DNA of 64,000 bases from Felis catus (lineage: Eukaryota), in assembly GCF_018350175.1 (NCBI RefSeq), contig NC_058368.1:104844001-104908000 (forward strand), written 5' to 3'. Shown piece after piece: positions 49,689-62,982 of this stretch (positions within the stretch are counted from its first letter, which is position 1; each line of letters begins with the position of its first letter). Below the pieces are notes generated by a model. It searched no databases. It saw nothing but the letters and a program-made list of their open reading frames with translations, and was not told where the DNA came from. The translations under genes and the position numbers were made by a program.

Positions 49689-51581
49689 AGATCCTGTGTT
49701 CTTAACCACTAAACTATGCATACTCAAGCAATAATAATTTCACAGACCTAATTTGGTTGAGTCCTTTCACAGATTCCAGGACCAAAATGCTGGAGAGGGG
49801 ATAAGGAAACTTGCATTAACAGTGAAATCTGATAACTCAACAGATGGGGCAGCGAGACTGTATTTTCACACACCTTCTAAGTTATTTTATGCTCCTTCAA
49901 ATACCAAGGAAATGTTTCTTCTGTATGTGTGTGACATGCTTGCAGTTTATAATTCCCCCAGAACTTCAAATGCAATGTAGGTTTGCTATTTTCATCATTA
50001 AGTTTATTTCTCTTTGAATGAAAGATTCATTTTAATGAACATGCACGTCACGTCCTCTCCAAATGTTCTTCACTGCATTTCCATGAAATCATAAAATATA
50101 CCCTTTGAGATGCTGTCTCTTGATTGAACAAACACTGATGCCGTGTGGAATAAAACATATTTTAGATGTATCTAATTCACTAAAATTAAGAAGGCCCTTT
50201 TATATAAACAGTTTTTATGTTCTCCCCTGTAATTCTGCAAAGTAAGTAGAGTGGGTGTGCTAATTCATATTATAGATAAGTAAAAAGTTAAGGCACTTAG
50301 GTAAATAGCCCTCAATGTTGCCTTTTTCCCCCACTACACTGTGCTTATAGATAATACTGTGTTACAGGTTTGACTGTGGATACATGCCCTTTTCGTCAAA
50401 ATTCAAGGCATTCCAATAGCTATTATTAAATGGGGCATGGCTATGCCATAAGACAGATATTAAATAATGTAGTATGGTTGTGCAGAGAGGAGAGTGATTA
50501 TTTCTGGCTGAAGGTGTAGGGTTTGGGAAGCCAGACCCAAGAGTGACTAGAACAAGGACTTAAAAAAAAATGCAAAAGATCATTCCAGGTAGAAGGAATA
50601 AACAAAGAAGGACTTCTCTAGTTTCCCAAACAGGATAGACTCAGCTAACCTGGAATCTCTTCTGCCACAAACACCTGAAGATTCTGGGGGAAAGGGTTTG
50701 TTTGTTTGTTTTAATGTAAATACATGGTTGATGTTGCAAAAGGAAAAAAAAAATGGAGGGGGGATAGGGCAGTCCTCCCGTGTCAGAACAAAAGAATAAT
50801 TTGAAAGGCAAAGCAGCGGTAGAAACTGTTCCTGCTGTGGTCACGAGGTTGGATATCAGACCCAAAGTTAGGTTTTAGTTGCCTTGAAGCTCGAGACTTA
50901 ATGTCCACACAGAAACCAAAGTCAAAGCGTTGGTCTCCCGTGAAGACAAGAGCTGGAACTCTCCATGAAGATAGGAAGGGCCACTCCTGCCATCAAAGGA
51001 AGCTAAAAAAAAAAAAACCTACATCTTCGGGATGGTAAAGAATGTCCTGAGCAATCCATACGGGGAAAAAAATCTCCAGGAAACAATTCACCTGGTAAAA
51101 CAATCATCAAGATGAAAATTTGATATTAAATCATTCGGAGCCCAGTGATGACCCTATAGTATCAGATATTGTACAAATTAATACGATTTGGGGGTGTCAT
51201 TTCTATAAACCAGGTCCCTTAGGATTATCAAAGGTAAAGTAACTCCTACTAAAGATGAACTCACAATCAGTATTTGAAAACATAAGGAAATGATACATCC
51301 TGAGTGAAAATCAATAAACACAGTAAACAGAAGGGTAACACCTCCAAGAATCTGAGATAATAGAGCAATCTGAGAGAGCAAAGAAATTATGCTTTTATTA
51401 AAGAGAGGGATAAACAAAGGAATGGAATCCATACAGAAAGCCAAGGCATCAAGACCAAAGAATGAACAGATTTCACAAAGAGTGAAATGAAATTTCTAGA
51501 CATGAAGCACAGTGTCCTTGACATTGTCAGGGTTAAAGTGTTGATCATACACAGGTGACCAAGGAATCTGTGGCAGCCATA

Positions 51582-52015
51582 ATGTTGTGTCACCCAGATC
51601 TGGTTGGGGGGTGGGCGCATAATCCATGGGTGGCCCAGTTATTGTGCCCTGAATCTGCCACCATGTTCGTTCATGCTGAGGACATGCTTCCAAAAGCCTG
51701 GTTGTACCCAGGGCCTGAGTGTACTAGGGAAACTGAGGCAGACCTCGTCCTGAGATTCTCAAGACTCCCATGAATAAGTGATTTATGCCAAGGCTTCCCA
51801 CTGGTCTGACTGAAACTTTCTTAGGCCGTTTAAGACCCTGCTTACCTAACACTGTACCCTTCCCTCCCTCCTTCCCAGGGGTTAGACCTGCACCACAGTC
51901 AGCTCACATCCTCTTCCACCTCCTCCCTTTTTTCTTCATCATCATGGCTTTCAGTAAATGTCTTCTACTCTAATCCCATCATGATGGCTGCTTCTCAGGG
52001 GACCCAAGCGAATGC
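51582..52015. mobile_element. Probable ERVL-class solo LTR interrupting an old L1 remnant
   Basis: TG...CA-bounded GC-richer block ending gcttctcaggggacccaagcgaatgca, within A-rich L1-like sequence; family uncertain. Confidence 0.45.
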
Positions 52016-52206
52016 AGAACAAGATCTGCAATATAAATTGGAGAATAATCATCTAGAACGCAAAACTATGACATAAACTATCATCTGAAACTGAGGGCAA
52101 GACTTTTTACTCATAGGCCCTTGCTAATGTAGTTCAGAAATAAAAAATAAGGAACCCAGAAGGATGCAAAGGGCCCTAGAATCAATCAATATTGATAAAA
52201 TGTGGA

Positions 52207-52424
52207 TTTTTAAAAATGTTTGTTTATATTTGAGAGAGAGAGAGAGAGACAGAGTGTGAGTGGAGGGGGTGGGCAAAGACAGAGGGAGACACAGAATCTG
52301 AAGCAGGCTCCAGGCCCTGAGCTGTCAGCACAGAGCCCAATATGGGGCTTGAACTCACAAGCCATGAGATCATGACCTGAGCTGAAGTCAGACGCTTAAC
52401 TGACTGAGCCACCCAGGGAGGCCT
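52207..52424 (-). mobile_element. Can-SINE
   Basis: SINE body on the reverse strand. Confidence 0.9.
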
Positions 52425-52997
52425 CAAAATGGGGATATTTTAATATGTAGAATTAAATATAAACACAGCCACAAAATGATATAATTAGTGAGATTTTTAA
52501 AAAAACAACTAGATCCTAATAGCTTGGGAGATGGAAAAATAAGTACTGTTAATCATTTTATGGACCTTGTATGATTCAGGAGGACAGTAGATCTATTTGA
52601 ATCAATTTATCCTTTCTAAGTCAAGTAGGCCTATAAAAGTGAAGGTAGGCTTTCTTACAAACATGCCAGTTTGTATATATGTGTTAAGCACCATTTATTC
52701 CCCAAATCCCATCAAAATGGCAATAAATGAGTAAGAAGGAAATAAGCCCACAAGAAAAAAAGCAAACAGAGGGGATGACAACACATAGGCCGTGTTTAAG
52801 GGGGAAAAAATGGTGACAAAGTTTACGAACTAGAAGAATGGATTAGAGCAGGGAAAAGGAAAATTCTGAAGCGCGTAAGAAACAATCTGACTCGTGCCAC
52901 AGCGTCAGGAAAGGCCACAGCAGTGGAGGCAGTGGGTTTTGCCGAAGCTGGGGTTGGAGGATGGGCAAACTAGGAGGACTGATTGAAAAACAGCACG

Positions 52998-53208
52998 AGG
53001 GGCTCCTGGGTGGCTCAGTTGTTAAGCCTCCGACTTCAGCTCAGGTCATGATCTCGCGGTTCGTGAGTTCGAGCCCCGCGTCGGGCTCTGGGCTGACAGC
53101 TTGGAGCCTGGAGCCTGCTTCGGATTCTGTGTCTCCTTCTCTCTCTGCCCCTCCCCTGCTCATGCTCTCTCTCTCTCTCAAAATAAACCTTAAAAAAAAG
53201 AAAAAAAA
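52998..53208 (+). mobile_element. Can-SINE
   Basis: SINE body; flanked by aaaaa(c/g)cagca-like repeats. Confidence 0.9.
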
Positions 53209-54102
53209 GCAGCATAAAAAGAGTCTGAACCTCAAACCGCTTCTGTGCTGCAAACAAGGGGACTATCCTTCCCTCCCTGCAGCAGAAACTATAGTTTTTT
53301 TCTCTGAAGAAGCTGGCCTAGACAAGTTCTAGAGATGTGGGTGCTGGGTAGATCTGAGCGCAGAGGTGAGGTGCTAAATAATGAGAGGTAGTTGAGTAAG
53401 GTTCTGTAAGCTTCTCTCCGGGCGCTCAGAACGCTGGACCTCAGGCTGACACTGTCAGATACAAGATACAAAGACTCCTCTTTGACGGAACTAACCAACC
53501 CTAAAAGAACAAAACAAAACAAAACAAAACTCTGCCTCCTCTATCGTGTGGGGAGGTCAACAGAGTGACGGAAACTCTGGTCAGCTTTTAAGGGCCTTGT
53601 TCTTAAATATGAATAGAGAGCTCCTGATTGCTGCGCATGAAAGGGAACCCTCACAAAAAGGGAGAAATAAAAATAATGGAAGAGGAAAAGAGGAACTTGG
53701 AACATAAGTCAATGTAACCCTGATTAATATTCTATGAAAGACAAAAGTTACTACACTCTTTCCGTGAAAAATCAGAGAGTAAAAAAACTTTGGGAAAGGA
53801 GAAACAGGAATACAGAAACAAAAATTTTAATACAAGAGTTGGAAAACAAAATTAAAAAATATATTCCAGAAAGTAGAACAGAAAGCATAGACTGGCAATA
53901 GGAGAGAAAGGATAAGAAAATTAAAGGACAGTTCAAGAACTCTAATATCCAAATAACAGGGGGTTTAGAAAGAGAGGACAGAAAACCCAGAAAAGGAAAA
54001 CATCAAAGACATGATACAGGAAACTTTGAGAACGAAAGATCATGGGACTCCAGACTGGAAACATCCCAGTGAGGGCACAGTAGAATGAATGGGGGAAAAA
54101 GG

Positions 54103-54322
54103 TTTTTGTTTTTTTAAGATTTTTTAAAAAAGTTTATTATTTGAGAGAGACAGAGTGCCAGTGGAGGAGGGGTAGAGAGAGGGAGAGAGAGAGAGAATCC
54201 CAGGTAGGCTCTACAGTGCCAGTACAGAGCCCACGAGGGGCTCGAACCCACGAATCGTGAGATCATGACTGGAGCTAAACCAAGAGTCAGATGCTTCACT
54301 GACTGAGCCACCCCGGTACCCC
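54103..54322 (-). mobile_element. Can-SINE
   Basis: SINE body on the reverse strand. Confidence 0.88.
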
Positions 54323-54733
54323 AGAAAAAATAGTTTCTTATTAAAGCACATGACTGTGAAATATCAGAACACTATATAAAGAGACAAAGGTTTCCAGGAG
54401 AAATCACAGAATCAGAGAGAATGACATTGCATTTCCCAACAGAAATATTGGAAGATAAAATGCAATGAGAAAATGCCCTTAAGATTCCAAGGGATAGTGA
54501 TATTCAATTTAGAATTTCATACCTGCATAGCTGGCCAAATAATCAAATATCACAGTGGGATAAAATATATATATATATTTTAGACATGCAGGTTCAGAGA
54601 AAAATTTGCCTCCTGGGAAACTCCTTTGTAAGTAATCTACAGAAAGATGTAGTCTGTCAAAACAAGTGCGTAAACTAAGAAATAAATCATGGGGTCTAGG
54701 GACAGGAAAGAGAGTGCACAGATATAAGGATAG

Positions 54734-54962
54734 AGGGATGCCTGAGTGGCTCAGTTGGATAAGCGTCCAACTCTTGGTTTCTGCTCAGGTCATGATCTCA
54801 TGGGGTTCATGAGTTCGAGCCCTGCCTTTGGCTCTGCACTGACAGCATGGAACCTGCTTAAGGTTCTTTTTCTCCCTCTCTTTCTGCCCCTCCCCTGCTT
54901 GCACGCCCACGTATGCACTCTCTCTTTCTCAAAAAGTAAAAATAAATTTAAAACATTTAAAA
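54734..54962 (+). mobile_element. Can-SINE
   Basis: Head gggatgcctgagtggctcagttgg, A-rich tail. Confidence 0.85.
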
Positions 54963-55210
54963 CCAGGATAATTGTAAAGAGAAAATTCTAGGAAAATAGC
55001 CATAGCAGTAACTCAATAGATAGTGTCTAAAATTTAAAAGTAGCAGAAAAATGTTACTGAGAGATAGAACTATGATTAGAATAGAGTTAAAAGTATTCAA
55101 AGGGGTTGCTTCTGGGGAATGGGATTTAAGAATAGGAAGGTTGAGCCTACTCCTTTATATAATAAGCCTTAAACTTTGTATTAAGTTTCTTGTATTAAGA
55201 AATTTAACTT

Positions 55211-55423
55211 GGGGCGCCTGGGTGGCGCAGTCAGTTAAGCGTCCGACTTCAGCCAGGTCACGATCTCGCGGTCCGTGAGTTCGAGCCCCGCGTCGGGCTC
55301 TGGGCTGATGGCTCAGAGCCTGGAGCCTGTTTCTGATTCTGTGTCTCCCTCTCTCTCTGCCCCTCCCCCGTTCATGCTCTGTCTCTCTCTGTCCCAAAAA
55401 TAAGTAAACGTTGAAAAAAAAAA
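55211..55423 (+). mobile_element. Young felid Can-SINE
   Basis: Near-identical to the copies at 31221 and 59250; TSD aagaaatttaactt. Confidence 0.95.
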
Positions 55424-56585
55424 AAGAAATTTAACTTTTTCAATTAAGTGTATCTACAAAGTATAGAAATAAAGTCAGTGGGGGGGGGGGCAGTCAGTGA
55501 AGTGGAAAAAAGTTATGGAAATCTTTATTAATCAAATTGAAAAAAGAAAAATCTCTAAAAATCATAAAAATAAAAGTACAAAGTAAAATTATAGAAGTAA
55601 ATCTAAAATATAAATAAAAATAATAAAATAGATTGAACTTGTCAGATATCTCATGTAAGTCAAAGGGTCTTACATGAGATAATAAAATCCAGCTCTATGA
55701 TATTTAAAAGACATTCTTAGAGCCATAATGATGCAGGAAAGTAGACATTGCAAAGATGGGAAAAGATACAGCAAACAAATGCCATAGAAAAGTGGCTCAT
55801 TAGATTAATGTCAAATCACATAGACTGTAAGGTGAAAGATTTATTAGGGACGCTAAGTTTTAGATACAGATAACATAATGTAGCTAGAAACCGTAATTCT
55901 GAGTCCTTGTGAGCCTAACTAGGAGCCTGAAATTGACAAAAAATGGAAAGAATTTCAAGGAAAAGTGAAAAATGTCAAAGTTGGGAAAAGTAGAACATGC
56001 TTTGAAAGCATATTTAACAAACTTTGGTGAACATAAATGAGCGCGCGTGTGTGTGTAGATTGTGTATGTAGATATAAATATAGATACGGATAAAGATACA
56101 GATATATTTGTGTGTGTCTTTATATATCAGGTATTGAATTGTCGAGTTGGTTGTAATGTGCAAGGAGAAACCAGCTAATCTTTCCACCTCTAAGGACTTT
56201 CTTCTAGATGTAATCTTGACGAGTTCAGCTCCTCCAGTCCCTTAAAAAATATCTAGTCTAGTCCAATATTACCAATTCCACAGTCTTACCCAATTGTAGA
56301 TGATTCTCCTTAGCTTAGCAGTCATGGGTTCAACAGCCTACATGGGGAAGTAGGATGTGGTTGTTGGCTTCTCTCCTCCTTGCTTTGTACGTGCCTTTCT
56401 TTGCTTCCTAGATGTGTTTTTTGTGTTGTTTTGTTTTGTTTTGCCAATGGGGAAGAGAAGGAAGTGCATAAAAATGGGATTAAGGAAAGAACCTTGGGAG
56501 GCTCAACAGAATCAGTCTGGTTCGAAGTTTGCCCTGTCTGCCACACTCAAATTTCTGGCTCTTTCTTTTAGGTACTTCTATGAGA

Positions 56586-56817
56586 TTTTTTTTTAAAGAC
56601 AACCTTATTTATTTTATTTTATATATATATATAGAGAGAGAGAGAGTGCATGAACAAGGGAGGGGGGAGAGAGACAGAATGAATGAGAATCCCAAGCAAG
56701 CTGCAAGCCCAGCACAGATCCTGATATGAAGCTCTATCTCACGACCCTGGGATCATGACCCGAGCCGAAGTCAAGAGTCAGACCTCAACTGACTGAGCCA
56801 CCCAACCCAGGTGCCCC
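56586..56817 (-). mobile_element. Can-SINE
   Basis: SINE body on the reverse strand. Confidence 0.82.
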
Positions 56818-57419
56818 TTGAGTCACCCTTATTAATGGCAGTTTCTAAATCCCCTGCATGGCCATTAACTTCTAACAGTTTACCCTTCTGTTGTAGTCAC
56901 CTCACCCCCTGCGAGTTGTGCTCTTGGGGGTGTCTCCCTCTCAAGCATCCATAAAATCTTGAAGGAATTAGGCATCTGCTTCTTCCTTAACAGACTGTGA
57001 AAGTACATCATATCTTCAGACAGACTGCTTTAGCCAGTCCCTCACCTTTTGAATATTGATTCATGGGTCAGGTACCAATTACTCTGTCCCCAAATTTCTA
57101 GGGAGCACCTATCTAGCTGCCTGATTGATTCTTTGAAATGTGTACCTTGATTAAAAGAAGAGTGACATTAGCACCACATCTGGATGGAGAGGAGAAAGAT
57201 TGAGGCTCTCCTACTCTCTCCAAAGAAATATGTCCTTTCTGACCCTTCATCATCACATAACCAATCCCCTAGTTTACTCTCTATACCACCTATAAGTGAG
57301 TGATGACCTATAGGTAGTGAAACTAGTTTCCTCTTCTCTTAGAATGCCTAGCAAGGAGGTACAGGGACTGGCTTCCTGACTTCTGCTGAAACACCGAGAC
57401 AACAAAAGAAGTCACACTT

Positions 57420-57620
57420 TGGGGTGGCTGGGTGGCTCAGCTGGTTGTGTCTTAATCTTGATTTTGGCTCAGATCATGATCTCACAGTTTGTGAGTTCAA
57501 GCCCTGCTTTGGGCTCTGTGCTGACAGTGAGGAGCCTGCTTGGGCTTCTCTCTCTCCCTCTTTCTCTCTGCCCCTCCTCTGTTCTCTCTCTTGCTCAAAA
57601 ATAAATAAAACTTAAAAAAA
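57420..57620 (+). mobile_element. Can-SINE
   Basis: Head, CT-rich segment, A tail. Confidence 0.85.
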
Positions 57621-58153
57621 AGTCATATCTTGTTTCACACAAACCACTCTGCACCCACAATATAAGCCCTTAAAAAAAACACTCACACACACAATGCAAG
57701 TCTCAACACTCAATGTCAAAGGACTGTCATGCTATAGTCCATGTTCTTGTGTCTCAATACAATAAAATTAGAGGTAGATAAATAAAAAGATGAATAAAAT
57801 CCTCATGTGTAGAGAAATATAAGACACGATTCTAAATGAGTCATTGTCAAAGAAGAAGAAGAATATCAGAATAATTAGAATTATGAAGAAAATCACTATC
57901 CAAATTTGTGCATTAAAATCTAATTTAAAGAAAAATGTGTATGTATACACACACACACACATATGTCTCCTATATATAAATATATAGTAAAAAATTTACC
58001 TGTATAAAATTTTTAACCTTTACTAAATGGCCAGTAGGATGTTGCTTATAGATTTCATTATATTAGATCATAGATACACTCTGGGCTTTTTTAAAAAAAT
58101 GATTCATTCTTATTTTTTCATTTTAATATTTGAGGTTCTCTGAAGTTATTTCC

Positions 58154-58276
58154 TTTTTTTTTTTTAAGATTTAATTTTTCATTTTTAAGTAATCTCTACA
58201 CCCAATGTGGGGCTTGGACTCATAACCCTGCGATCCAGAATCACATGTTCCAGTGACTGAACCACCCGGGTGCCCC
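58154..58276 (-). mobile_element. Short Can-SINE variant lacking the (CT)n segment
   Basis: gtaatctctacacccaatgtggggcttgg...ccacccgggtgcccc; flanked by aagttattt. Confidence 0.8.
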
Positions 58277-58559
58277 TAAAGTTATTTTTTATTTTTTGCA
58301 TGGTTAAAATGACAACAAGTAAATTAATTCTTTAACTACTGTATACTGAGATAATATTTTTGTATAGTTACATAAGTAATTCCTTATCAGCAACTTAATG
58401 TCTTTATCCAAGTGATCAACCATATGATTATATGAAGGCAGATTTCCTGCACTTCATTTTATCTTGTAAACAGTCTAGGAAAATTCAGGGTCTTAAAGAT
58501 GAGGAGTCTAGGTAATCAAGTGCTCAAAGAGCAGAAGGAAAAAAACAAACAAGCTTTGA

Positions 58560-58573
58560 GCTCCCTCTTGTGG
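58560..58573 (-). promoter_or_regulatory. CTCF-like motif CCACAAGAGGGAGC
   Basis: Close match to the CTCF core CCASYAGRKGGCRS; motif match only. Confidence 0.45.
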
Positions 58574-58775
58574 CCCAGGGAGAATATTCCCAGAAACAGT
58601 AAGACAAATTAAGGAATCAATCTCACGTAAAGATGTATTTAAAATTTTAAGAATTCGGTTGGCTGCTTCACTGCAAATGAAGTGTCTGTGGTGGCAATGA
58701 ATTGATGTGCACCTGTTGGTGCTGTGGAAATAGCCTATACTTTTCGCCTATGTTACTTAGGAGAGACACATTATC

Positions 58776-58789
58776 TCGCCCCCTGGTGG
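58776..58789 (-). promoter_or_regulatory. Strong CTCF-like motif CCACCAGGGGGCGA
   Basis: 13/14 match to CCASYAGRKGGCRS, with a retained CpG in AT-rich non-repeat sequence. Confidence 0.6.
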
Positions 58790-59249
58790 ATATTTATAAA
58801 AATGACACAAAAATATTTTCAAACTAAGAGATTAAATCATAGAATTTAGAAAGCACTGGATGGAGCTCTCAATACTATTTAGTCCAGTCTGTCATTTTGT
58901 GGTTGAGGAAATGTAACAAACTTAAAACAGGAAGAGAGTATCTTCTCTATGTGTATATGCTGATGAATATTTATTGTTAAACACTTTATGTGTTTCTCAC
59001 TTCTTCTAGGTTCCTTTTTTTTTTTTAATAATTTGCACACATTTCATGAATAAATGAGTTAATTTTTTCTTTTAATGTTCTTAAAAGGTGCGTCATTATA
59101 GATAAACCGTCATGATCTCATTCAGTTCAAATCATCAGCTATTTATTGAGTACCTGGACCTCTGAGTTGCAAAAATAAAGCAAAGTTCCTGTTCCTATGG
59201 AGTTTATAGTTTAGTAGAGAGAGAGATTGTTTTTTTAAAAAACACATGA

Positions 59250-59467
59250 GGGGCGTCTGGGTGGTGCAGTCGGTTAAGCGTCCGACTTCAGCCAGGTCAC
59301 GATCTCGCGGTCCGTGAGTTCGAACCCCGCGTCAGGCTCTGGGCTGATGGCTCAGAGCCTGGAGCCTGTTTCCGATTCTGTGTCTCCCTCTCTCTCTGCC
59401 CCTCCCCCGTTCATGCTCTGTCTCTCTCTGTCCCAAAAATAAATAAACGTTGAAAAAAATTTTTTTT
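59250..59467 (+). mobile_element. Young felid Can-SINE
   Basis: CpG-intact body; TSD aaaacacatga. Confidence 0.95.
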
Positions 59468-59841
59468 AAAACACATGAAAGTTGAGAGGATGATGAAAAA
59501 TGCTATTTTATAGTGAATGTTTCTGTGATCGGCTGTGCTTCCTTTATCAATAACTTGATCATACCAAGAGATTATGAGAGCACACTCTGGATCCAGAGAG
59601 CTTGGGTGAAGCCTGGGTGCTGGCTGTACATGCTTATTGTGCTGGAGAACCTAGTCTCTATCTGTCTCAGTTACCCCTGCTGTAAAATAGGTATGATAAT
59701 AATAATATCTACTTCAGAGAATTATTATGACAAGAATTTAGTCTTGGTAAAATGCTTGGATCAGCAACTAGGAAATAGTAAGTATAAAACAAATAAAGGT
59801 ACATTGTAGCTATAATCAAATTATGAAGCACAGTGCTCATG

Positions 59842-60195
59842 AGGGGTACCTGGGTGACTGAGTCCATTAGGCTGCTAATTCTTGGCTTTGGCTTAGGTCA
59901 TGATATCTCAGTTCATGGGTTTGAGCCCCATGTTGGGGTCTGTGCTGTGAGTGCAGAGCCTGCTTGGGATTCCCTCTCTCTCCCTCTCTCTGCCCCCCCC
60001 CCCCACTCACTCTGTCTCTGTATGTGTGTGTGTATATATATATACATATGTATGTATATGTATATATATGTATATGTGTATATATATATATAAAATGTAT
60101 ATATGTATATGTGTATATATGTATATATATATATAAATATGTATGTTTATATATATATACATATATACATATATATATATACACACACACACACA
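59842..60195 (+). mobile_element. Can-SINE running into a ~175-bp TA/TG-rich simple repeat (60020-60194)
   Basis: SINE head followed by a complex microsatellite; accounts for the YI/CV-rich ORFs here. Confidence 0.85.
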
Positions 60196-60339
60196 AAAAG
60201 TACTCATGAGATCATGTTCATACACAAAATCTATTGACTGGAATCAGGACAGAAAAATATGAGCTGTACATATTCAAAGTGGCATGCATTTCATGTATAA
60301 AAAGAAATTGACGTGAAATAGTTAAACCTTTGAAAGAGA

Positions 60340-62755
60340 ATCCCACAATGTAGATTTCTGTATCTACAGATTTATGTATTACCTTCAGAAGTGAAAGAGA
60401 AATAACAGTTTTTTCAAAGATCAAAAATTGAGGGAATTTGTTAACTGTATGCTTGCATAGCAGGAAATGTTACAAGAAATTCTTCAGAAAGAAAGAAAAT
60501 GATACAGGTTAGGAACAGTGAGCTACACAGTTGTGATATCCAGCCCTCCGTCGGGCTCCACGCTGAATGTGGAGCCTGCATAGGTTTCTCACCCTCTCTC
60601 TTTCTCTCTCTCTCTCAAAATAAAAAAACTTTAAAAGCAAGAAACCATGAGCTACATAGAGAAGGGAAGAACATTACAGAAGGAATATATGAAGGTAAAA
60701 TAAAATATTTTTCTTATTCTTAATTGACCTAACAGTTAATAGGTTGTTCAAAATAATAATAGCAGCAACATATTCAGTGACTATAGCTTATGAATCAATG
60801 AAATGAGAAAAACAACGTCATAAAGGATGGGAGAGGGGATTTGAGAATCCTCCATCAAAAGGAACTTGTGTCACTTGTGAAGTGGTAGAGTGTTATTTGA
60901 ACATGAACTTGGATTAGTTGTAAACGTTGATTGCTAACTTTAGGACAGTCATTACCAAAAGAATGTAAGTATAGGAGAAGAGAAAAATGTAATCACAAAA
61001 TGGTCAGTTAAAATCACAGAAGGCAGAAAAAGAGTGGAAGAAAAAAAAAGACAATAAATAGAAATTTTGTGGAAAACATATGGTAGATATTTAACTATGT
61101 CATTAATCACTTTAAATATCAAAGGTCTACATGTACCACTTAAAGGATGCAGACTGTCAGAGTGCATAAAATACAAGACCCAACTATGTGTTGTCTACAA
61201 GAAACCCACTTTAGATATAAAGGCACATATAGATTAAAAGCAAATTGATGGAAAAAATAGGCTATGCTAATACAAATAAAAAATAAGTGGGAGTAACTAC
61301 ATTAATTTCAGAGATAGCAGATTTCAGAGCAAGAAAAGTTATCAGGGATAAAGAAGTCGTTGTGATAAAAAGGTCACTTCAAGAAGATGTAACCATTTTA
61401 CTGTGTATGCAACTAACAAGTGAGCATGAAAATACATAAGGCAAAAACTGATAAAACTGCAAGGAGGAATAAATGAATACACTATTAAAATGAGTGACTT
61501 CAACATCTCTCTATCAGTAATTCACATATCTAGTAGGCAGGAAATCAGTAAGAACCTAGTTGAATTAAACAACACCATCAATCAACTGAATTTAATTAAC
61601 ACTGATAGACTACTTCAACAGTGGAATACACATTTTTCTCAAGTTCACATGGAACATTTACCAAGACTGACCACATTCTGGGCCACAAAACTCACCTTAA
61701 CAAATTTAAAAGATTAGAAATCATAAAATGTATGCTCTTGGCCCACAGTGAAATTAAACTAGAAATCAATAACAGAAAGAAAGCTGTAAAATCTCACAGT
61801 GCTTGAGATTAAGCAGCACACTTCTAGCTAACACAAGGATCAAAGAAATCTTAAGAGATACTTAAAATATTTTGAACTAAATGAAAATGAAAACAAAAAT
61901 TGGAGGTGCCTGGGTGGGTCATTTGGTTCAGGTCATGATCTCACAGTTTGTGAGTTCAAGCCATGCTATCAGCAAGAAGCCTGCTTGGGATTCTCTCTGT
62001 CTCTCTTTCTCTGCCCCTCCCTTGCTCGCTCTGTCTGTCTCTCTGTCAATAAACTTAAATAAACTTAAAAAAAATAGGTGAATATATAAGCAAACTGTGG
62101 TACATTCGTACAATGGGATATTGTTCAGTGATAAAAAGAAAAGAGCCATCGAGCCATCGAGGAAAAGACAAGGAAGAATTGAAATGCACACTACTAAGTA
62201 AAAGAAACCAATCTGAAAAGGCTAAATACTGCATGACTATATGAAATTTTGGAAAAGGCAAAACTATGGAGACATTAAAAAGACGAGTAGTGGCGTGCCT
62301 GAGTGGGTCAGTCGGTTAAATGTCTGGCTCTGGCTCAGGTCATGACCTCACAGTTCGAGAGTTCAAGCCCCGCATCAGGCTCTGTGCTGACAGCTCAGAG
62401 CCTGGAGCCTTCTTCGGATTCTTTGTCTTTCTCTCTCTGTCTCTCCCCTGCTCGTGCTCTGTCTCTCTGTCTCTCTCAACAATAAACATTAAAAACTTAA
62501 AAAAAAAAAAAAAAAGATGAGTGGTGCCAGGGGTTCAGGGTGATGGGTGAACGGGTGGAATATTGGGAAACTTCAGCGCAGTGAAACTGTATCTTCAATA
62601 TTGGTTCATCACTGTAATGGATATATTACATTAATGCAGGACGTTAGTTAATATGTGAGAAGCTTTGGTTGGGGAGCAGTATATGGGAACTGTACTTTTC
62701 ACTCAATTTTACTGTAAACTTAAAACTGCTCTAAAATATGGAGTATTAATTAAAA
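60340..62755 (+). mobile_element. Old L1MC-like LINE-1 remnant, interrupted by Can-SINEs (~60528-60636, 61902-62075, 62291-62515)
   Basis: Endonuclease-like remnants (SDFNISLSVI; YTFFSSSHGTFTKTDHILGHKTHLNKFKRLEII); old-L1 3' end at ~62080-62755. Confidence 0.85.
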
Positions 62756-62982
62756 AGGAAAAGAGAGAGAGTTTCGAAATCTGACACAGAGTTTAATCCT
62801 CCCATTTGGCATTTGTGTGGGCTTTGGCTTCTAAATTTTCTCATGAGAATATGAACATCATATCATTACGTTGTAGAATTATTTGGGGTTTGATTGAGCT
62901 AACACAGGAAAACTCCAGAGAAAGCCTGGTACACCATTGGCACTCCACATTTATTTTTTTATTTATGTTTTATTAGAAAAGG

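Noticed and set aside
59833..60225. Overlapping YI/CV-rich ORFs
   Set aside because: Translations of a TA/TG microsatellite plus a SINE.
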